Shown here: positions 54,301 through 63,300 of the stretch, piece by piece
Layout of the letters: each line of letters starts with the position of its first letter
Position numbering within the stretch: the first letter of the stretch is position 1
Origin: Phoronis australis
Taxonomy: Eukaryota; Animalia; Phoronida
Direction of reading: 5' to 3'
DNA: 64,000 nucleotides
Assembly: GCA_002633005.1 (NCBI GenBank)
Contig: NMRA01000157.1
Span: 549,501 to 613,500 of the forward strand
Notes under the pieces: model-generated
Database searches by the model: none
What the model was told of the DNA's origin: nothing
What the model saw: the letters and a program-made list of their open reading frames with translations, nothing else
Made by a program: the position numbers and the translations under genes

Positions 54301-57300
54301 TTTAGCAAAACTTTAAAAACTACCTAGAAGTTGTGATGCTATGGCATCATTTCTAAACTCGAATGGACTATTTACACCAACCTCTAGCCTATTTACACTT
54401 AGCATGACATTTCAGTTGGACATTTCTACATATATTTCAGGAGATAAATGTGTTTTTAGCAGAATGAGGGCTGCTGTCTGGTATACTTAAAGGAGAATGC
54501 CACCCAAAAAAATCTATTTTGTATCAATTTAGATAGAGTAGTTCCACTCAATAACAGCAAGTACAGTTCTTTTACCAGACACCTGATGGCAGACGGAGGT
54601 CTTTAAAGTAACCAATGACGTCAGAGGTTCGAACGTAGTCTGTTCAGCAGTTCACAACACGCTTACTGGTGTCAGCTTACAGCTTGAATTCATCATTTTA
54701 CACTAATAAATCATCAAAATTTGACGTAAAACCCTTAAAATACATCAAGTGTTGTTTTATTTCGCTGTTACGTATTTATAGGTATTAGAACATACCGTAA
54801 CCTACAAAGTTCGGTAGGCCAATTTACCAAGGTCGGTCGCGGGAGTTTGGTGTTTTTCGGTGATAAATTTGAATTATTCTTCCGTGAAATACAGATAGAA
54901 CATAGCTGTGTATTGTAATTTCAGACTTGCAATTTTTTTGGTTCTAAACCCACAAAATGCTTGTTGCCCTGGCCAGTGGCCCAGAACCTGACCAGGCCTG
55001 TCGTGACCAGACTGAAGACATCATAAACATAAACCGGCCAAAGTTGGAAACTAAACTTTCAGTCACAAAAAGACTATACTAGTGAGTCAAAGAAATAATG
55101 TGCACTTGATTATTTTTGGTAAATTAGGCGCGAAACTGCAAATATACTTACTAGATCGTCAGGGGCCACGAAGTAAAGTTACCCTTCCACAGAACCGTCA
55201 GGGCAAAAATTGTACAGTAACAATGATTCGAACAATGTATATGAATATCTAAATAAAGATTCCCCTAGCATCTGACCATAGGATGTAAAATCAAGTTGTT
55301 TCACAACAGCTTTCTGTCAGCAAACACTGAATTAGCATTCACTCACACGGCTTCGGTGCACGGTCAATTAGTTTATTGCATCTAACGCTGGTAACGCAGT
55401 GATTTATTCATTGCTGGCTTCTCAAAACCTTTGCACTAACGAGCATTAAAAATTGTATTTAATGTGACAGACTTTGTTTCACTTTTACATAAGCATTGGT
55501 TAGGGTGAAAATAATTCATTTTGAAACAGAATGTACAATAATAAACATCAATGTGGCAACTTGCAATCCCGACTTAGATGAGTGCTCATCCGACAAAGAC
55601 TTCACAAGTTGATTGTTAGGTTTTACAGGCTATCAGTTCGAACTGGAATACACTGATCCAGAAATACTAGAGAGGCGCCATGAACGTGCAAAGACAACGG
55701 AACATGTGGATAGTTTCGAAAATCATTTGGATGACTTGACATGGTGTCAGAGCGCTAACTACATGATAATGGAAACAGCTGATGCTTGCGTTTACTGCCA
55801 CGAAATTCCGCAAGTGAAACGCCTCCTTGGAGAAGCGCATATGTGTCTCACGGACCATCCTGATTTTGCACCGCATCNAAAATATCCTACATACAGAGGA
55901 CCAAACAGAAGCCTGACAAACGAGTCAGTCATCGAATAGGTCATATAAAATGTTATGTTCTCATGCCTTGAATTATTGTAATTATTTATGTTCTCATGGC
56001 CAACTGCCCTTCTCCATAATCAAAAAGTGATCAACAACCAATCCACGTTTCTTTGCCTCCTGTCTGCCGAATACAAACACACTGGGAACAATATCTGACC
56101 AATGAGCTTCAGTCTCTTTTTCTGCCCTGGCATGAGTTGTTCAGTATTAGCTGACATTCGATTGTCAATGAAATCATTGCCGACGAAATGCCGGCCACAG
56201 ACACCAAGAAGTTTCACGGCCTTATACTTGGCATTAATGGTGTATTTTTCATTCTTCACCGCCACGAGCCACTCCCGAAGCATTATGGGCTCTCGAGGAA
56301 ATCGAAAAAATGATATACCCTCTTTCTTTGCAGCTTCATAGTTCGCACAAGCTGGAATGATACACCACACCATAGCGCCACTCACTCTGCAGAAGAACCA
56401 CTGACGTCGCTGCGTTGTTTCTCACCTTCCTCACAGGTTAATGCAACACCTCTCGGCGACGTAAGATATAAACCGATTAAGACGGTAAAAAGACTAATTA
56501 AATCAGGTGGCATTCTCCTTTAATATGAAACTGACAAAGTGGTCTAGTAGTTAGAGTGCTGGACACACAACCCAGAGGTCACAAATTTCAATCTCGTCAT
56601 GCATTAAGAACAAATATAATCCAAAAGTGCTAATCATTAACCGCCACAAGTGGACCAGATACCCATGCTCATTTTTCAAAGAATGCAACAAAACCTGAAT
56701 GTGGCCGGTGAAATTACTGACCAAATGTTGTGATAATGTGATTAGGCTAGAGGCTGATGCGAATAGACCAAACTGTTATAGAATGATGTTACTTCAGTAA
56801 AAGATGATTGACTAGAGCCACATACCTCCAACACCTCCCAGGTATACTGTGTCTGTGTAAAAGCAGGGTTCTGGTCATCACCATCACTTAGATATACTGT
56901 CAATGTGGTAGAAACATTTTTCAGGGCATTATCCTGCAATGATTCCAGACACTAATAAATGCACAGGGACAAATGAGATGCAAAGTATTACATTAAGATT
57001 ACGCTGATGTACAGAACAGATTAATGTAAAACGCAATTTTCGTTCTAGGCCCCGGGGTCTAATCTTTGTACTCAAAATTGACTGTGAAATTATTTAGATT
57101 TTCCGATTTACTTTTACTACAAACTCAATAACAGCATCTATTTTGCGTCCTTGAGTAAATTATGGTTTACACACTAAGGGAGTGTCTAGTCCAAGTTGGC
57201 TGTTGATAACTTGTGAACATCACACTTCAAAAATAGTTGATCAGGTTCACATAAAACTTTAAAACACCATACTTTAAGCAATATTCTCCAAAATAGCATT

Positions 57301-60300
57301 TAATTAGTATTTTTTTAATGTTCCACTTGTGTTTGAGAGGCTGTCAAAAAATTCTACTTTTGTGTATTGAAAAAAATCAAAATTGCACAAAATGAAAATG
57401 AAATGATAATTTAGGAAACTGAGATTTCATCTTGAACATTTATATTAAACAAAATTTGGTCATGTTGTTGTTACTGTGGTTTCGCTACAGACGTAACTTC
57501 CTTTTTCACTGAAGTTTATTAAAAAATACGTGGTCACGTGACCCAATTCGCGACAGATTGATTAACAGTCAAACATCAAATTTTACAGGCTTTCTTCTTT
57601 CAGAAAACATTCTCTTACAGACTTAAAATCAGCACATCTATAGTTTTGTGGACGTTTGGCTGAGTACACAGGCTTGTCCATGAGCTCCTCCATAACCTTA
57701 GGTTGAGTAAACACTCGAGACAATGACTAAAAATTTGAGACTGAGTTCTGACACAAATTTACTGCTTTAATGCTAAGATCATCAAGAGTTATGTTTGACA
57801 ATTTCTGTTACATTTTTGTACTTCTGTGCAAACTCAAGTGCCTATCTTTGCACGTCGAAGTACAATATGGTTTACACACAGGACTGCCCAGTCGTGCATG
57901 TATAGAATTACACGTATTTAGGTAATCATATTGTTCCTGATTGGTCGATCAACTATGATGGCAGCTGCAATTGACAAAACAACCATATCAACTGGTGGGT
58001 GTATCAGAAACCAATAAATTAACAAGAAATACATATTTTAAGAACTGGCATAATTTGAGCCATAATCCAGCTGATAAACGATGTGATCACCATAGGTGTA
58101 CTTGGACCTCACTGATTTTGNTTAACCCACGTGAAAATTTACCCATAAAACATAGAGGGAACCCTCCGAATGCTACCAGCAAAAGTTTTAGGGGCCACAC
58201 CAACAACTTCACTAGGAGAATTCAACTTAGGTCGACTTGACATCCTAGATCAGTAAGTGGTTACTTCAGGTTGTCAAAATTATTTCCATGGAATTTGCTG
58301 TTTGGGGGAAAAATAAATTTCACTGAATTCTAACCAATATCAAAATTCTGAAAAATAAATTTCTTAAAAAGTGTTAATAAGAAGCTGTCGAGTCAGTCAT
58401 TGTTCTACCTCGGTTGTGATAAGTTTGGTCGTTGTTTGCTTTTGTTTACGAGTCTGTTAACATGCCACACTGTTGCTGCGTACCAGGATGTACTCATTAT
58501 TGTCTCATGTGCGCTTTGGGAGTAACTTTGCATCACTTTCCGAAGGATGACACACTTTGACGTACCTGGCTCATTCGTATGAAGAATGCAGCCTTAACCG
58601 TACACACAACGTACAAAGCAGTGGAGGATTACCGAGTGTGTGGCAAGCATTTTCTGCCATCAGATTACAAGAGTGATAGATATGTATGCTGAATTCATGA
58701 AGGTCCCTGCGAAACAACGCCTGAAGAAGGGTGCCATACCGTCGCTGCTGATTCCCACCGGCAGTGCCCTGTCGCCACCCCCGAGAAGCGCGGTTTTGAA
58801 GTGAGAAGCCTTGTGAGCTGCAGCCACTACAGTGACTGGATGCACTTCATCTACTGTCACCCGTGCCTCCGAACGACATAACAGTGCAACCACTGACTGT
58901 CCATGAAAAAATTCCTCGTCACCACTGCTATGAACAATGTCCCGTCACTAACGTCACTACTGTCACTGTGATATGAGTTGCCGACTCCAGCCAGTTCAGG
59001 TTACTACAAACTAAGCAATCCCTAAATCCAACGTGATTGAGTTCTCAAACAACCTAGCTTGTCCTAAAATACTTGTCGATGGGAAGTGGTAACAACAATT
59101 TTAGAAAAACAGCACAAAAGCAAAAGTAGTACAGATCCTCACAGTAAACTCAATGCAGAACTAAACTGGTGCGAAATTCTTGCCTCCCAAAACGTCACTT
59201 CTGGAGTAGAGGGTGAGTAATTAATTAAATTACGAAAAGCTGTAATTAAGTGAAAAATATGTCTGGGATAATCAAGGAGCCTTATTTTTGCTTTAAAGAT
59301 TCTGATTAAATACATGATTTTAAGGTTTCCATTACATTCTCACATTTTGGTTTTTTGAGCTAAAGGTCTTGATGTCGTGATACTTTTAAGAAAATGTTGT
59401 GGGATTTTATCGAGTCATTGGAAATTCTGTTTACGGTTCATCTTCCTCATATGAACAGTCGACACACTAAACAGCTAATCAATTTATCTTCTATATATTT
59501 TGTTTCAATGCAGCGCCTGTAATGTTTTCCCTTGACTTTCCATTGGATATTGCACTGATCAATATCATTTTGTTTCTCCTGAATTGTTCGTAATTCTTGC
59601 CCAAAGGGGAACACTAGCCCCACCGCCCCTGCTTAATGTACCTACGATAATCACCAAAATGTACTTCTGCACATCATTATTCAACTAAAATACTTTGCAG
59701 CAAGAGCATAATATCAAGTTATTTGACTAACCCATGCAGTAATACTTAGAACATATGACTTGGGACCATTGTCATAGTCCAGCAATCCGTTAACGACAAT
59801 GTATTTTACGGCTTCACCATGTCCAAATGGAGCACCATGAGCATCCTGAAAATAAAAATGGTGTCATTGGTTTGTCCTAAAACTGCACGAACATGTTAAA
59901 CTTGCACAAAAGCAAATCAATCACGTAGTACAATGAATCAGAGAGACCTTTACAACAACAATGCGAGACAATTGAGGCATTACATTTTGCTTCCTAATAA
60001 TGCTGCTCACATGAACTCACCAGTGAGAACCGTATGACCTCGTCCTTTCCAAAGTCACTATCCACAGCTTTACCACTTAAATCATATATTATTTCACCAT
60101 CTGGTGTTAACTAGAAGTAAGAATTGTAAAAATGAAATGAGACAGACATTCTTACATGACAAAGTGTTCTGAGGTCCAGGCAATGGTTAAGATAGAATAA
60201 CAAAATGTTTCATTCATTTCACTTAATTGGCGAGTTAGTTAAAATAAACGAATGAAGTGATTTTTGAGTCGATAATTATGACAATAAAACAACAAACATT

Positions 60301-63300
60301 TCTGACCAATGTCTACTAAAATACAAGCCACATATGTGTATGCTGCTTCAGTTGAGGAATACCAAATTATAAATTTGATAAAATTTAAAGTTACGAATAA
60401 TATGATACCGTACTCGTCTGAGTTACTGCCCAGGGTGCCTAAATTGGGTAAGCCGAGCAGGGGCGATTAAAATCAAATTTTTGAAAAGTCAGGGGCGGGT
60501 ACTTGCTGCACGTGGACCCATTTTAACCTCACGAAGCTACACTGATGTTGGACTTCAAGCATACGTTTGGTAGATTGAAGTAACGGACTTCGACGGGCTG
60601 AAGTGGGATAGCGCACAGAATACAGTGCCACCATGATCCGGAGCGTGACTGACTTTCTATGTACCTTGGTCGCTGCTCGTCGTCTCTTAGAACTTAGGTA
60701 TTCCTACAGGTAGGCATGCGTTCAGTAGGGCAAATTTCTTGAGAGAAAAGCGAGATTACGCAATACTCAGTTAGTTCGCTGTGTATTTTTAACGGAAGCA
60801 CGTGATTTTGTCGAGATTTCCTCCCCACGAGTCACTTAAAACAGCCCACAATTTGTAACTGGTACAAAGCACGTACGCAACAATCGGACAATACTACTAT
60901 TAGGCAATAGGGGTGCTCAGTCGGCTGCAAAAATAATGAAGCAAAAACACATGTAAAAAGTCATCAGGCAAATCAAGAGTTCAAGAGTGCAAAATAAATA
61001 AGTTTTTGACCACGCGAATGCAGACAGAATCTTCAACTTAATGACAAGTTGATTTCTTGCGCTGTGGCTTTTGGTTGGGCACTTCCATTTTAGAGTCAGG
61101 AGTGAGTCATTATAAACGTGCATTAAACCGAGACAAGGAACAGCGAGACAAGTTGCGGGTCACAACAGCTCATGTCAGCTAGTATTCAAAACAATACGAC
61201 AGTTTCGCCTTGTACTCTACCGTATGTGATTACCATCACTATAAACATGACTTGATACCATTTGTCCGTGAATTGTTGAAGTGCGATACTGAGCCTGACA
61301 ACAAATAATGGTATTTTACCACCATAGTAAGGCAAGGTTTCCGCTCCGCTAAAACTGACTGACTGTCACTCAAAGGTAAGCGAGTTGTGCAAGTTTTGGA
61401 ATCTTAGTTGTGTGCGATGAACGGTCACAAAAGCACAGAAACTTTTAAGGAAGTCTCAATCCTGAAGAATTGGGGGTGGGCGGTAAGCCGAGCACAGGCG
61501 GTAAGCCGGACGAGAACGGTAAGCATTTGAACAGGACTGAGTAGTCAAACTGAACAACCACCCCCAACAACCGTTTTGATGAATCACACGGCAGCAAATA
61601 AGACCACCTTTGGTTGTTATAAGTCACCTTAACTGAAGCTATATTATCACTTAGCATCAACAACAGAAACCATAAATAACTGTGAATCTTCATCTAACTG
61701 AACATCAAGACTGTTACCTCTGAGACTGTAACATTATATGGTGGATTAAGGAAAACTGGTAGTTCATCATCCACGTTATTCACTGTAACTGTCAAGTCTC
61801 TCTGAAAAAAATCCATTTCCGAGACTATAGAATATACTGCAGTTGACACTGTACATTTGATTCACACCTCTTTCTGGCAAAATTCCCTTTGCTTCAACTT
61901 TTAACAGCGCTGCTGGCACTTTTAGGTAAACTGTCTACACTAATAATTTCATGGACAACTAAGTAAACGTAGAAAATACATCTGAAACTAAATAAGGCAA
62001 TCCAGATCCTCTCAAGGATACTATTGTTTCATGAAATGTAGAATATATATATATATATATATATGTATATGTATATGTATATATGTATATGTAAATAAAA
62101 CAACAAGAATGGATCAACTGAAATTTTCGGATATAATGACTTCCTTCGTCAACAGAAACAGAAATAAAGTAAAATCAAACACCATGTGACAATTGACATT
62201 TAAGATGTGATGTAATAGAAATATAATGCATAGTTGCCGAAAAATATAATTTAAAAAGTTTTTATGTTTAATCCATGAGGTTCTAGTGTATTGAGCTTGT
62301 CTATCCAAAATAGTTCTCTTTTGAGTCTGTGAGGGGTACTGGGGTATTGGAGTTTTTATATTATTTTTTTATATGTTATAAGGTAAATAATATTGGTGGT
62401 GATGCAATCAGAATAATGTTTTATTTCAAAGTTTTCATTGGTTTGGGAAGACTGGAAGAAAGTACTATCGTTGATAAAGTTACACATTTTACATCTAGTT
62501 TTGTTACATTGTGTGTTGCCAATAGGTTTGTCAGTTTGGTATGTATTGTCGATATTAGCTTTAACTAAATAATTTTTTAGTTTTTTACATTTTCTCCAAG
62601 AAATTATAGGTGGATTAGGAAATAGGTTTTTCATTTGAGGGGAAATATGCAGCGTGGAAAGATGTTTTCTGAAGACGTGGCTAATTCCGTTTAAACATGG
62701 ATTGAACATAGTTATGAATGGTATTCTATAAGTAACAATATTATTTACCTTATAACATGTAAAAAATGTTCTATCCAATACATAGGACAAACTCAACATA
62801 ATCTACAAACTCGGTTTCGTAATCATAGATTTAACATAATACATAAAAACATTTCACAATAGGCAATCATTTCAATTCCAAAAAACCATAATGTTCAAGA
62901 TCTTTCTGTACAAATAACAGAAAAATTCCAATACCCCAGTATCCCTCAAAGACTCAAAAGAGAACTATTTTGGATAGACAAGCTCAATACACTAGAACCT
63001 CATGGATTAAACATAAAAACTTCTTAAATTATATCATTGAATTTTTTGTTATATTCATTACGCCACATCTTAAATGTCAATTGTCATATAGTGTCTGATT
63101 TTACTTTATTTCTGTTTCTGTTGAAGAAGGATGTCATTATATCCGAAAATTTCAGTTGATCCATTCTTGTTGTTTTATTTACATATATATATGGACAACT
63201 ACAAATGTTACAGGTTTTTTTACTTGGTTTTAGGTGTTTGTCAGCTGATTGTCAAAATACTTACAAAAGAGGAAAACTGGTCATATTACCACAATCACAA

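Larger units (their letters stand above)
54491..56519. mobile_element. Kolobok DNA transposon, internally deleted
   Basis: TTAA target-site duplication; perfect 14-bp TIR aggagaatgccacc/ggtggcattctcct; convergent THAP and Cys-rich accessory ORFs. Confidence 0.85.
62088..63190. mobile_element. Penelope-like retroelement remnant: two inverted 3' fragments with GIY-YIG endonuclease and hammerhead-bearing tails
   Basis: Plus strand 62731-63027 reads NIIYLITCKKCSIQYIGQT...RFRNH...ELFWIDKLNTLEPHGLN. Minus strand 62730-62088 carries the RT-EN linker (PPIISWRK..LKNYLV, C..RCKMC) and the same tail. Confidence 0.88.

Noticed and set aside
56539-56600. tRNA gene
   Set aside because: The B-box is degenerate and there is no acceptor stem; better explained as a SINE head.
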